NCBI GenBank assembly: GCA_964016885.1
Contig: OZ024740.1
Location: 250,294,001-250,358,000, forward strand
Direction: 5' to 3'
Source: Eledone cirrhosa
Taxonomy: Eukaryota
Length of the DNA: 64,000 nucleotides
Positions 50,638 to 64,000 of the stretch are shown here, one piece after another. Below the pieces are notes generated by a model. That model searched no databases. It was not told the DNA's origin and worked only from the letters and a program-made list of their open reading frames with translations. Numbering within the stretch: the first letter of the stretch is position 1; each line of letters begins with the position of its first letter. A program made the position numbers and the translations under genes.

Positions 50638-51974
50638 TTTATTATTATTATTATTATTATTATTATTGAAGGTGAAGTCATTCTTCTTATCGGCTCCAGT
50701 TTTTTCAACAATATACTTCTATTTCAACCGTTCCTAACCTTTAATTCAAGTTTTAAACTTGATAAGACTTTAGAAGAGGTGACCCACCTAATACAGGGGT
50801 TTCACTCGTAAATAAATGATACCCCTTTATGGGGTGTCGTATTCTGTAAAATTTACTTGAAAAAATTTTCTTTCAAACATGAATAACACAAAAAAGAAAG
50901 AGGGCACTGTCAGACAACGCAGAGAGAGGGGGACTTTGCCAACATGTCAACAAGACAGTGTTCGAGCGAAGATGAATACAAAAGAAAATATTACGAAAGA
51001 AAAGAGAAACAATATCCTTTTTAATTGTTTCAGATTTAAAAATACCAAATAGTACTAACACAAACAACACCAACAATAACACCATCTATTATAGAGCACG
51101 CCCAGCCTCCGGCCACTACACACCACACCATACCCACAATGAACACTATATTGACACACTTGGAATAATGCAATTTGCTTGATTTGATATTCAACACCGA
51201 AGAATGTAAAATACGTCAAATAATCGACAAAAAACAAAACATAGTCCAGGAAATGTCGCAAATACCAAATTGTTCTAAAATGTGACTAATGATAAAAAGT
51301 AACAACATAAATAAAAATATTATATATGTTTTTTCTATATATACACACGATATATAGATATATATAGTTGTGTGTATATACTCATGCATAATTATACTTT
51401 TAATTAAATATTAGGTTAAAAACCTGAGTATAGAGAATAACATAAGCATGTATTACAACATTTCAAACAAATAGATTAATATAGAATTTAGATATCAAAT
51501 CATTTATTTATATTTACAAATCAAAGAATATAATAATCGGTTTTTAATGAGATCCCTGTGATTGATGCAAGGCTACTAATTTGTCAATGTTTGGTGTGAA
51601 GGCCGTTAGAGAGAGTCGTAAATCACCTCTTCTTTTTATATCAAGGTGATTTTGACTTTTTGAAAGCAGATGCATCACCTGACTGAAACCTGATTCAACT
51701 AAACAAGATGTGGGGAAAGCAAGTAAAAAAAATTTAACGTTTTTATTCGACGGAATATTGTCTACACCTTTTTTTAGATGCAGTTGCCATTTTATCTGAA
51801 ATAGTATATTTTTTAAATAAACAAGAGATTGGTCTTAACTTCTAGTCTTATTAGAGATTAAGCGTTTTGTTTACGTTGTTGTAGTTAAGGATTCGTAATT
51901 ACATGTGTAATAAGTTGTGTTTAGAATTATAGCCTAGGGGGCCCACCTAGACCGACAGGAAAGCCAGAGACATG

Positions 51975-54910
51975 AGACTTCGCACCGATCTTCGGCGGCT
52001 ACGATGTATACGCATCTCCAAGCCGTCCGGAAGCGGGGGGCAGAGTTGCTGTGCTTCTTCAGAGAGGCTTGGATCTCGCCACACGGGCCATCTTCCTGGA
52101 CCCAGAAGATAAGTCGGTGGTACTGGACGTGACCGGCAGCGAAGACAATGCTTTCAGGCTAGTAGCTGTCTATGCCCCAACAGGGGCAGGACGGCTAGAT
52201 TTCTTCAGACATCTAGAGACCTTTCTGGGTAATGTCCCACTTTTTAGTGTTAGTGGGTGACTGGAACGGTATATTAGATGCATGCTGGGATTATGTGGAG
52301 CTAGTAAATAAGGAGGGAGGATGTAAAAGCCTCACCAACCTGCTCAGACGTTTCCAACTGGATTATCCGAATATGCAAATGTGGACTTGGGCAAACTGCA
52401 ACGGGTCATCCAGATTGTATCTAGATAGGGTATTCTGTAGGGAAACAGATAAGGCTAGCGTATGTTGTCCACAATTTAAAGTAGTCGACTACACGGACCA
52501 CGAATTTGTGATGTGTGAAGTTGACTTAGATATACTTCATAGGCAAGGACCCGGTTACTGGAAGCTGAACGCATCTTTCCTGTTGCGCAAAGCTTACAGA
52601 GACCGTATATGCAAATTATTTAAGCGTGCGTTGATAAGTGCGATTGTCAACAATAGGTGGTGGTTTACTCTGAAAAGGGCAATTAGAGTAGAATCGATAA
52701 GGTTTAGAAAAGGAGTAGTGATAGAGAAAAATAGAGTAGAGGGAGAGTTAGTTAGAATGCTAGAAGAGGCGTTTAGGACAGGCATCGCAATGGACGTGCT
52801 TGCGGCAGGATTGACACTCGACCAATTCTTCAACACAAAGCACGAAGGCTGCATTGTCAGAGCTAGAGAGCATGTTCTGAGACACAAGGGGATGAAAGCT
52901 GTCCAATGGGCCCGTGTGGTGGAGGCACGACGTGGCAACAAGTTCACAATTCAATCTTTGCTTGATCAAAACGGGCGCATGTTACTCAAACCCAAGCAGA
53001 TGTGTGAGGCTTTTCAGCAGCACTTTGCTCAACTGTTTGGGAGCGGCAGCAGGCCAGATCGGAGTATGAACTTCAGTGCATACCTCGATGAGCTGCCACA
53101 GCTCTCGACGACTGCAGCACAGTGCTGCGAAAAGCCGATAACAGCAGGTGAAATACGAGAAGCGATGTATGACTGCACAAGGAGTAAATCGCCAGGTTTG
53201 GATGGTCTGCACTACGAGCTTTATGTGTACATGCCAGACATGTTCGGTGACCTCTTGGCAGACATCTACTGCAACTGGCAGCAGAACGGGAGCATTCCCA
53301 GTTTTGTGAGCCGGGGAGCGGTGGCGCTGTTTAGAAAAGACCCGAAGAAAGGGGACGTTATAGACAACTTCAGGCCCATAATTCTGTTAAACGCAGATTT
53401 CAAGATTTTGGTCAAGGTGTTAGCAATGAGATTGGTGCTTGTTGTCGATGATCTGGTGGGAGAGGCGCAGACATGCACCATTCCAGACAGGTCCATACAC
53501 GACAACCTCCACCTCATGTGATACATCATAGAGAGGGTGGTTAAAGAAGCTGGCACGGGTGGGGCCCTGATCAACTTAGATCAATCTAAAGCATTTGATG
53601 GGGTCGACCATCGGTACCTAGTGGCAGTCCTCGAGGCGGATGGTTTTGGGCCCATTTTCAGGGGTTGGATCGCTGCGGTGCACAGCGACGTCTGCTCAGT
53701 TGTGAAGTTGTCACAGCCGTTCGGCATCATGCGGTCGGTCCGCCAGGGTTGTCCCCTCTCGTTGCTCTTGTACGTATTGGCCCTCGAGCCATTACTGCAC
53801 AAATTGGAGGTGGTGAGAGGCGTCCCACGTGAACTAGCATGTGGGAGATCCATATCGGCTTATGCCGACGATGTCACCATGGTGGTGTCAAGCACCAGAC
53901 ACGTCCAGCTGCTCGGCACCGTTCAAGGAATATGAAGCAGTAACAGGAGCAAAGTTAAGCCAGGAAAATTTGGTGGGCTTGAAACTCGGCACCTGGAGAG
54001 GCAAGTCCATGCTGTCTGACAGCGTTGTGGGGCGCTGGACGGAAGGACCGGTTAAATTGCTTGGGGTCTGGTTCGGTCCGGACCTCCAGATGGAGAAAAG
54101 CTGGAGTGAGGTGATGAGCAGGGTGGCTTCTCTCACCCAGAAATGGGCTGAGAGGAAGCCGTCCCTGAAAGGTTGGGCAGAGGTGGTGAATGCATTCATC
54201 GCATATGTCATCTGCTACCACCTGACCGTTGTGCCTTGCCCCGGCCCAACTCTGACACAAATGGAGTGCCTCCTCTTCCACATTTTATGGAAGAGATGTG
54301 CTCTCATGGTCAGTCAATCCAACTGCTGACAGCACCCGTTGCGTGGAGAACTGGGCATGCCATGGCTGATGATGTGCAAACATATGCTGAGGCTGCAATA
54401 TCTCTGGTGCTTCCTTGACGGTGAACAGGTGTGGTAACCGTTTGCCAGATATGTTTTTCCCCAGCTCGTCTCATTAACAGAGCTGCAGTCCTGGATCAGG
54501 AAAAGACTGAGGGATAGCGATTGGAAGCCGAAATGTCTCCAAGCACTCACAGCCTTCTACCAGCTGGGTACTAGTATCGGTGGAACATCTACCTCAGCAT
54601 TCTATAGAGGACTAGTGGAGAGGAAGAGTGACGACATTCTCGGGGAGACCCTGGGCGTCGAAGACGATCAGCTGTTCACTCTCTTCAAGAGAACTTTCAG
54701 ACTGGGGCCTATGGACAACTTCCAGAAATCCCTGGCCTGGCAGTGCCACCGGGGAGCGTTGCCGGTTCGAGATAAGCTCTACAGGCACGGAAGTGCTGTC
54801 AGCCGGACCTGTCCGAGATGCGTGCAGGGCAACAAAACCATTGTGCACGCACTCGTTTAGTTTCCGAGCATTGCTGACTTGTGGAACTATGTTGAACAGT
54901 TGTTGTCACG
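51975..54910 (+). mobile_element. L1/Tx1-like LINE ORF2 (APE, RT, C-terminal CxxC), degraded
   Basis: VYAP, GDWN, YLDR, TDH, YWKLN, KSPGLDG, NFRPIILLNADFKIL, DQSKAFD, QGCPLS, YADD, CPRC...H. Confidence 0.9.
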
Positions 54911-55585
54911 TGTCTCAGTCATTGATATTATTTAACTGGAAAATTTTTTCAAATGAACATCAAACCGCTACCTGCAGCCTCAGATATTAAGGATGTATCG
55001 GAGGGTTCTTGCTGTTCCCAGCAAGCATGCTTTTGAAATGTTCCAAACAAAAGTGCTGGACTAATGTTCTTTAACCATCCTTGACAGCTCTTTGAGTGCT
55101 CCTATGATAATCAGGATGACCTTGATCTCATGACAGTCCCAAATCATTTTTAATTCCTACTTTAAATCCTGGTATCGGTTAATTTTCTCCTCCTTTTCTT
55201 GCACTCTTGTGTCAAAGGGGCAGGCTACATCTACAATCAGGCACGATCTTTTTCCTTGTCAAAAACTACCAGGTCAGGCCTAATGTGTTCTAATTTCTTG
55301 TCTGTCTGTATCCTGAAATCCCATAGCACCTTCACTTGATAGTTTTCTATCACCGACTCTGGCTTATGCTCATACCACTTCTCAGAATGTGGTAAATTAT
55401 TTAGTTTTCATAAATGCCAGTGAATCACCTTTCCTATTATATCGTGCCTCCATCCTTTATAGTGAGTTAAGGCTAGGCGTTTACACTCAGATGCAATGTG
55501 AGCCAGTCTCCTCTCTCTCCACAGATCCTACAGAGTGAGCTAGGATCTTCCTTGTCAATATGGTGTTTCACCCACTTCGTTTTGA
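54911..55585 (-). mobile_element. R4/Dong-like 3' fragment
   Basis: Near match to 21810-22540. Confidence 0.85.
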
Positions 55586-55989
55586 CAAAAAATAAAAAAT
55601 AAAATACAATTCTGGCTCAAGGCCCCAATATTATGGAGTGTGCATTTCAGAAAGCCTGAACTTTAAAAAAATAAAGGGCGGTGGATTGGGAGTATCGGTA
55701 GAGGGTCGGACACCATGCTTAGTTATGGCCCTTTATGTTCTGAGTTCAAATCCAGCTGAGGTTAGCTTTGCCTTTCATCCTTATGGGGTCGATAAAATCA
55801 AGTACCAGTAATGTACTGGGTATTTGCTGGCCATGTGCCTAAAGTAGAAATAATAATTGTTTCTACTTTTGGCACAAGGCCAGCAATTATCAGTACATTA
55901 CTGGTACTTTATTTTATCGACCCCGTAAGGATGAAAGGAAAAGTTAACTTCGGCGGGATTTGAACTCAGAACGGCAAATTATTATTATT

Positions 55990-58700
55990 ATTGGCGACTT
56001 GTGAAAACGTGTTATCGTGAGCTTTGAAAAGTCTGTTGTTTTAAGTTGTTTTGAATTGGTAGTTGTAGAAAATGATTGTTGTTAACTGTTGATAAGTTCA
56101 TATACATTGCTTTCTGAAAAGGACACCCAATAATATTGGTGCCTTGAGCCAAAATTTGATTCTTTCTTTTTTGTCAAAAAATATGGACTGAATACGCCCC
56201 CCCCCCAAATATTAAACAAACTGTCATGTTGTGACAACGGCCCAAACATTGACATTACTCCCACCACCACCACCGTGAACTTTGCAACAAGGAAGACGGC
56301 TTTGTTAACAGTAGCAGCAACAGCAATAGTAGTCACCAGAATTTGTCCCATGCCAGAAGTAGCACTAGCGCCACCACCATCCACCACGCCACAACCAACA
56401 CCAACGCCTGTGGAGGAGATTCCACTCCCCGACCTCTCACAACTGGAGACAGATTGTGACGAAGAGGAGGGGTGGGAAACTGTGTCTGGAAAAAAAAACC
56501 ACCCTAAAAAAATAGAGGGCGAAATAAATAAATAAAAAAAGAAAGTTAAGAAAGTGACGCCACCACCACCACCACCCACACCAGCAGCACCAGCAGCATC
56601 GCCACAAATACCAACAACATCACCATCACCCAACACCACAAAAAACAGCAACAACAAGCGAAACAGAAACAAACCCACATGCGCAACCACAACAAAACGA
56701 CCAAACTGAAACACACTACACAGCATGAAACATGAACAATAACCAATTATTACACTACATCCAACACAACACCAGCACCACAGAGAAAAACTACACAACA
56801 CCCCAAACATTCACACCATCCACACATACAAATCACACATATCTCACAGAAAACATGTACAACCCTAAAAGAAGAATTCCCCAAGGACATTGGAGATTTC
56901 CAGCAAACACTTTCCAGGAGGATATATAAAGACATACTTCCGGAGGAGGCCACAAACAGTCAGAAGGACAGAAAAACCATCCTTCCTCCACAAGAACTAA
57001 GGAGGTAAGAGGTCTTTCCCATCTTTTGCCACTCCTTTTCACTATGACCTTACTCAGAATAGGCAGCATAAATGTGCGTGGCCTGGTGGTCATCATGGAA
57101 GCAGGGTCACCTGCTCAACAACCTCAGATCAATGAACATAGATGTGGTGGCCATTAGTGAGACCAGAATCTCCGAGGCACATGCCTTTTCACCCATCTTC
57201 AGTGGTTACGATGTGTACGCATCTCCAAACTGGCCGGGATTGGGAGGTGGAGTCACTGTGTTGTTTAGGAGAGGCCCGGAACTCATGATACAGACCATCT
57301 TCCTGGACCCAGAAGGTAAGTCGGTGGTTCTGGACGTGACCATCAGCGAAGGCTATTCTTTTAGGCCAGTGGCTGTTTATGCCCCGGCACGGGCAGAACG
57401 GCCTGATATCTTCAGGCGACTGGAGACCTTCCTAGGAATGTCCCACTCTTTAATGTTAGTTGACGATTGGAACGGGATCTTGGATGCATGCTGGGATTGT
57501 GTGGGAATAGCGGGTCGGGGAGGAGGGTATAAAAGCCTCGCAAACCTGCTCAGACGTTTCCAACTGTCTGTCAGGTGCCGACTGGATTTCCCGAATGTGA
57601 CAATGTGCAACTGAACAAACCGCATTGGGTCATCCAGATCATATCTAGATAGAGTATTTTGTAAGAAATAGATAATTCTAGCATTGGTTGTCCACAATTC
57701 AAGATAGTCGACTACAAATTCGTGATCTGTGTGGTCGACTGAGATAGGCTTCATAGACAGGGACCCAGTTACTGGAAGTTAAACACATTGTTGACAGTGC
57801 GCAAAGCCTAAAGAGACCGGATTAGCGAACTAGTTAAGTGGGCATTGACGAGGGCGATCGTCAACAACAAATGGTGGTTCACCCTGAAAAGTGCGATTAG
57901 AATGGAGTCCATTAGGTTTAGTAAGATGTAGAGAAAAATAGAGCAGAGGGAGAACTATTTAGAAAACTAGATGATGCGCTTAGTAAAGGCAATGCGACTG
58001 ATGTGCTTGCAGCAAGACTGACCCACAACAAATTCTTCATCACAAAGCACGAAGGCTGTTCGATGGGCCCATGTGATGGCAACAAAGCCGCGATCCGATC
58101 TTTGGAGGACGACGATGGCCGTATGTTACTCGAACCTGGGCAAATGTGTGCAGGTTTTCAGCGGCACTTCACGCAGCTGTTCGGGCAGCAGTGGGTCAGA
58201 TCGCAGGGTGGACTTTAGCACGTACCTCGATGGTCTGCCGCGGCTATCAGCCATTGAAGCAGAATGTTATGAAAAGCTGATAACAGCCGCTGAAATGGTT
58301 TGGATGGTTTACATACGAGCCTTATGTACACATGCCAGATTTGTTCAGAGACCTCTTGGCAGACGTCTACTGCAACTGGCAGCAGTTTGTGCAGTAATGG
58401 CAGCAATATCTGCTCTGTGGTGTGAGTGAATGGTCTACTTTTGGAACTGTTCAACATCATGCACTCGATCCGCCAAGGATGTCCCCTCTTTTGTACGTAT
58501 TGGCTCTCGTGCCATTACTGCACAAATTGGAGACATTTTAGGGGCATCCTGCGTGAACTGTGATGCGGGAGACCGTGTCAGCATATGATGACATCATCAT
58601 CGTAGTGGTGTCGAGTGATAAACACATCAAAGTGATCAGCACTACACTAAGACTATATGAGGCGGTGATTAACCAGATAAAGACCTGAGTGGAAGAAGTG
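55990..58700 (+). mobile_element. L1/Tx1-like LINE, paralog of 15410-18180, degraded
   Basis: PDLSQLET.CD.EE.WETVSGKK and the APE region are nearly identical to the earlier copy; RT remnants follow. Confidence 0.82.
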
Positions 58701-58759
58701 CAGCATGACAATAAGTCCACAATTCTGTCTTTGAGGGAACGTGATGGATGCATGCTTCA

Positions 58760-60860
58760 AGCAGAGATGTGTGTCTCTTCAACGGAACTTTACTCAACTA
58801 TTCAGGGCAAGCGGAGGGTCAGAGACAGTAACAGACTTCAGTTCCTACCTTGACGGCATGCCATGATTCTCAGCGGTTGATGTGGAGTGCTGCAAAAATC
58901 CGAAAGCAGTAGCTGAAATTCGAGAAGCCCTGATACACTGTACGGGGCGCAGGTTTAGATGGTCTGCCCTACAAGTAGATATGCCAGACTAATTCTCTGA
59001 CATCGAATCTGTCTACTGCACCTGGCAGCAGACGGCAGAATTTCCAATTCTGTGAGTCGGGGTACAGTAACACTGATGAGCAAAGATGAGAAATAGGAGG
59101 ATACTATTGATAATTTCTGGCCCATAGCTAAACACAGAGTTTAAGATTTTGGCCAAGGTGCTCACAACCAGGCTGGTGCTTGTCATCGAGGGTCTGGTTG
59201 GGGATGTACAAACTTGTGCAATACCGACCAGGTCCATACAAGACAACCTCCACCTCATGCGCTACATCATAGGAACAATAGGGCTTCGGTGGGGCCTTGA
59301 TCAATTTGGATCAATCGAAAGCTTTCAAAAGGATCGACCATCGATACTTGTCTTCAAGGCAGCTGGCTTCAGCCCTGTCTGAAGAGGCTGGGTCTCTGCA
59401 ATGCACAGCAGCATCTGTTCGGTGGTCAAAGTTAATGGCCAGCTTTCGTAATCGTTTCAGATCACATGCTCTGTCTGCTAAGGGTGCCCTCTCTCCTCCC
59501 TTCTATAGGTATTGACTCTCAAACCATTACTGCGGAAGCTGGAGCTGTTCTAAAGTATCCAGCTCAAACTGGGACGTGGAGGAGATACATCAGCATATGC
59601 AGACGTCACTGTGGTGGTGTTAAACATCTCGCAAAATGAGATGGTCAGCAACTACTTAGATGAATATGAAAGTTTGATGGACATGTCTGCATGTTTTCAG
59701 CTCGACACCTGGAGAGGCAAATCCATCTTGTTCAACAGGCACTGGATGGACCAGTGAAGTTGCTTGGAGTCTGGTTCGGGCCAGACCTACAGGTCGATAA
59801 CAACTGGCATGAGGTGACGTGCAGATTAGCCACTCTCACTCAGAAATGGTCTTAGAGGAAGCTGTCCCTGAAAGGTCAGGCGGAGGTGGTGAATGCGTAC
59901 ATGACGTCCGTCATCTATTTACGCCTCACCATTATGCTTTGTCCCTGTTTACACCTCACCAAATTGGAATGCCTGCTCTTCAATGTTTTGTGGAAGGGAC
60001 AGATCTCACTGGTGGGGCAGTGTATCTGCTGCCAACACCCTTTACACAGAGGACTGGGCATGTCATAGCTGACGATGTGCAAGCGTGCACTGAGGCTACA
60101 TCATCTCCAGATTTTCCTTAACAGTGAGCAGGTATGGTTCCCTTTGTCAGGTGTGTATTTCTGCAGCTCGTCTCTTTGACTAAGCTACAGTCATGAATCA
60201 AGTGTAGACCAAGACTTACAGCCCTTTACCAATCTCGGGCAATGCGGTCAGTGGAAATTCCACTCTGGCATTCTATAGACGACTAGTGGAGGGCAAGTGC
60301 ATTGAGATGTTAGGCGTCGACAAGAACAAACTGGCCAGTCTGTTCTGGAGGACTTTTGAGTTGGGGACTATGGACAATTTCCAGAGATCCCTTGTTTGGT
60401 AGTGTTAGTGGGGAGCACTGCCAGTTCGAGAATCTCTACAGGCACAGTAGTGCTGTCAGATGGAACTGTCCGAGATGAGGGTGGGATGACAAAACCATTC
60501 TGTACGCACTCGTCCAGTGCCTGTGTATTGCTGACTTGTGAAGTTATGTCGAACAGCTGTTATTGCGTGAAGGAGAGATCTGGATATCGACCAGGAAGAG
60601 CAGGCAGTTTTCCTCTGTCTAGTGTCTGTAGCAAAAAAGATGTGAGGTTGACGAGGCTGAAAGGACTGAAGATAGACACTTTCCTCTTCAGCCAAGCCCT
60701 CACCAATGTTTTCAAGTTCCACTTGAAAAGGGGGGGGGGGTGCTGAGGATGAAAAGGAAAGTGCTGCTCCCTAGTACATTTGTGAAAATTGTTGCAAGGA
60801 TGGCCTATGTGAATGGGCTTACACTGACCATGCACCTGTGAGCTGGAAAGATTAAAAAAG
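58760..60860 (+). mobile_element. L1/Tx1-like ORF2 3' portion, heavily degraded
   Basis: QTCAIPTRSIQDNLHLMR, INLDQSKAF and LGVWFGPDL remnants collinear with 53000-54910. Confidence 0.8.
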
Positions 60861-60899
60861 AGAGGGGCACCTTCCTACAGTGCTCTTAGAGATGAAGTT

Positions 60900-63800
60900 A
60901 GGTTAGGATTTGTGGGTTCCTAACGTCACCTCTATTTGGGAATTCTGTTGTTTTTATTGTATTGTTAGTTGTTTTTGTTGCATTGTTTTTATACAAATTT
61001 ATGTAAATCCCCACTATCCTCATTTTTGTATTGTTCTGAGGGTATGGTGTGGTGTGCTCGGAAGCTGGGGAGTGCTCGACCGGAAGAGTGCTTGACAGGA
61101 AGGGTGCTCGACCGGAAGGGCCAGCAGATCGGTCTCTCTCTAGTGGTGACCAGGAACGGTGTGGACGCGAGTTTGGCAGCTCCCGGGTGTTAATGAGTTC
61201 GACGCACGTGGAAGAGGAGAAACCAGCCATGGGATTTAGCGGCGCCTATGAAAAGCGGTAAGTGAGATAGCTTTTTCTAACCACAAGCTATTTCGGCACT
61301 GGAAACTGAGGTCTGATATAAAAAAAACAAAAAAAAACAACTTTCTCGAAAACAAAGCTACTGGAAAAACAGAGAGGAGTCTGTTGTTTTTTTTTTATTA
61401 CGTACCGCAAGACAAATTAGGATATGGCGACGAGACTACGAACGAGCGAAGCGATTAGGGCATTTACCGGTGAAGGCGACGTTGTCGATTGGCTGCGAAA
61501 AGTCCGGCTGGTCGCAAGCTTACAGAAGATAGAAGATTTGGCTGGCCTCATGGCACTGTACCTCGAGGGAGATGCGTTGGTACTCTTCCTTGAGTTGGAT
61601 GAACACAGCCAAAGGGATGCGCAAAAGATTGAGAGGCGCATGATGGAAGCGTTCGCAGAGAACCGTTAGCCGCTTTTGCTAAGCTGGCAAGAATTAGATG
61701 GAACGGTGAACGCGTTGACATTTTCGCAGCGGAAATACGGCGATTGGCCATGTTGGCTGGATATCAGGTGGAATGCGAACACACGGTGCGGTTGGCGTTC
61801 ATAAATGGATTTCCAGACGACATAGTGGTGAAACTGCAGCAAGTCCCGGGTTACAAAGAAGTGGAGATGTGTTCATTGGTGGAACAAGCCCGTATCATAG
61901 CAGAAGATTCCAAGAAGAGTGTCGCGGCGATAGCAACTACAGAGGCTCAAGACAGCTGGCAGCGAAATGGTGAAAGGGAGGCAACCACGGCACGCGGTCA
62001 CCCGCGAATGTTTAGAGGTCGCTGTTTTAGGTGCCAGGGCCCGCACATCGCTAGAGACTGTAGAGAGTCAAGGCCGGAAATAATATGCTACCGGTGTAAG
62101 CGACCAGGCCACATTGCTACTAAATGCGACCAGGGAAACGATCCAAGGGGAACTACTGCGCCGGTAGTTGCCCCTTATGAGTAGAGGCGCTGCCCGTGGT
62201 GGAAGTCTTCGTGAGGGGAAAGCCACAGCGAGCCCTCATGGACACGTGCTGTACGACGACACTGGTGACCGCGGGGGTGGCGCAGAGGTGGATAGGGAAG
62301 AGCAGCGTAAGGGTAGTCGACAGCAGGAAAATTGAATGCCGAAGTCGCAGCGAGGTGGAGATGGCGGTACGGGGAAGGAAAATAAGGCTTTCTGCCATCG
62401 TAGTTGACAACGTGGTGGATGGGATCGGCGTGGTTATGGGCATGGACGCAATTGGCCGTCTAGGAGGCATCACAGTGAACAACGTCGGTGTGTCGTTTGG
62501 CGGCGCTGCATCGGTATGCACTGTGAGTACGCGACAGGAGAACCAGAAGGCCCACGAGGAGAAATACCCCGCTTACACTGTGCAGGGCAAAGACTTCAAG
62601 GCCGTGTTCGATGGGCAGCGATGGGTTGTTGAGTGGTACTGGAAAGGAGAACCACCAACACTGAAGACCAAAGTGGGCTGCTATCAACACACATTGAAGG
62701 GAGACATTAGGAGCGAGTTCGAGCGAGAGGTAGAGAGATGGGTTTAGGAGGGCATACTGCTTCCCATGAAAGAGGAGGTGAAGTGCGGAGTATTGCCGTT
62801 AATGGCAGTGGCGCAACCCACAAAGAACAAGGTGAGGCCGATGCTGGACTTTCGGGAGCTGAACGACCATGTGTCATGCTACACGGGTGGAGAGGTCACG
62901 GATGTCTGTGGGGAAACCCTGCGTGAGTGGAGAGGCATGACGAGGGGTTCAGCAATCGTAGATCTAAAGTCGGCATACTTGCAATTGTATATGGATGAGA
63001 AGCTCTGGCAGTATCAGCTGGTCAGGTATGAGGGCCGGACATATTGCCTGACCAGGCTCGGTTTCGAACTGAGCTCCGCACCGAAGATCATGGCGGCAGT
63101 CCTCAAGACCATTCTGGGAAAAGCCGACAAGATGAAGAGGGCCACTAACTCCTACATAGACGACATCCTAGTGGACGAGTCTGTAGTGTCGGCGGCGGAG
63201 GTCACGAGCCATTTACAGGAGTATGGACTGGCTGCGAAGCGGTCAGAAGCGTTGGAGGGAGGAGCCGCGCTGGGACTTAGGCTACGGCGAGACAGGACGG
63301 GCGTCTTGGTATTCCAGAGGGGAAATGAAGTTCCAGAACTGGGCCCAAGTATGAGTAGGCGGGAGCTTTTCTCGGTGTGTGGAAAGTTGGTGGGTCACTA
63401 CCCGATTGCTGGGTGGCTCCGGACGGCATGCAGCTATGTCAAGAGACGAGCGGGAGGGGTGACTTGGAGTGACAGAGTGGGAGAGAGGACGGTGACCATG
63501 ATGCAAGAGGTCGTGGAGAGGGTGAAGGCCGACGACCCAGTGCGGGGACGCTGGTATGTTCCCAAATCGCAGAGCGGGACCGTATGGTGCGATGCCAGCA
63601 GCATAGCGCTGGGTGTCACATTGGAGATAGGAGGTGTTGAGGTCGAGGATGCAGCCTGGCTTAGGAAGAAGGACGACTGCAACCACATCAATGTGGCCGA
63701 ACTGGACGCAGTGTTGAGAGGGGTGAACCTCGCCCTGAGGTGGGGACTGCGCACCATCGAGATACGCACTGACTCGGCTACTGTACTCGGATGGGTGAGA

Positions 63801-64000
63801 TCAGTGCTCACCAGTGAGAAGAGAGTGTGAACGAGAGGGGCGGTGGAGATGCTGATAAAGCGCCGCCTGGGAACTTTAGGAGAGCTGGCCACCGAGTGCG
63901 ACCTGAGGCTGAGCGTAGTTTTCGTGTTCTCAGAGAAAAATAAGGCGGACGTCTTAACCAGGGTGAAGAAAGCTTGGATGGAAGCGCCGGAGGAGGTAGA
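60900..64000 (+). mobile_element. LTR retrotransposon (gag, protease, RT, RNase H), lightly degraded, running off the window end
   Basis: PBS-like TGGCGACGAG at 61425-61434; two CCHC knuckles (CFRCQGPHIARDC, CYRCKRPGHIATKC); protease ALMDTC; RT DFRELN, DLKSAY, YIDD; RNase H CDAS...E...TDS. Stops at 62745 and 63828. The LTR edge is uncertain. Confidence 0.88.

Overview
AT-rich animal genomic DNA made almost entirely of decayed transposable elements and microsatellites. The repeat content resembles an octopus-like mollusc (inference). I found no intact host protein-coding gene. The first ~13.5 kb is a hotspot of Penelope-like (Naiad-type, RT + GIY-YIG) retroelements inserted in (TA)n tracts. 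It carries seven hand-foldable type I hammerhead ribozymes from about five sequence families, including a compensated U3-A8 core variant and a 337-bp palindrome with one hammerhead per arm. The near full-length Naiad (4145-9290, minus) has an in-frame UGA exactly where the neighbouring element has the Cys of the C-terminal 'C-R-H' motif, followed by a SECIS-like hairpin. This makes it a candidate selenoprotein-encoding retroelement. The remainder holds RTE LINEs with a PHD-like finger, R4/Dong-like elements nested at (TAA)n, L1/Tx1-like LINEs, two LTR retrotransposon remnants, tRNA-derived SINEs, a pogo-like non-autonomous DNA transposon, a Helitron and further palindromes or tandem arrays. 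Boundaries are approximate unless motifs are quoted.
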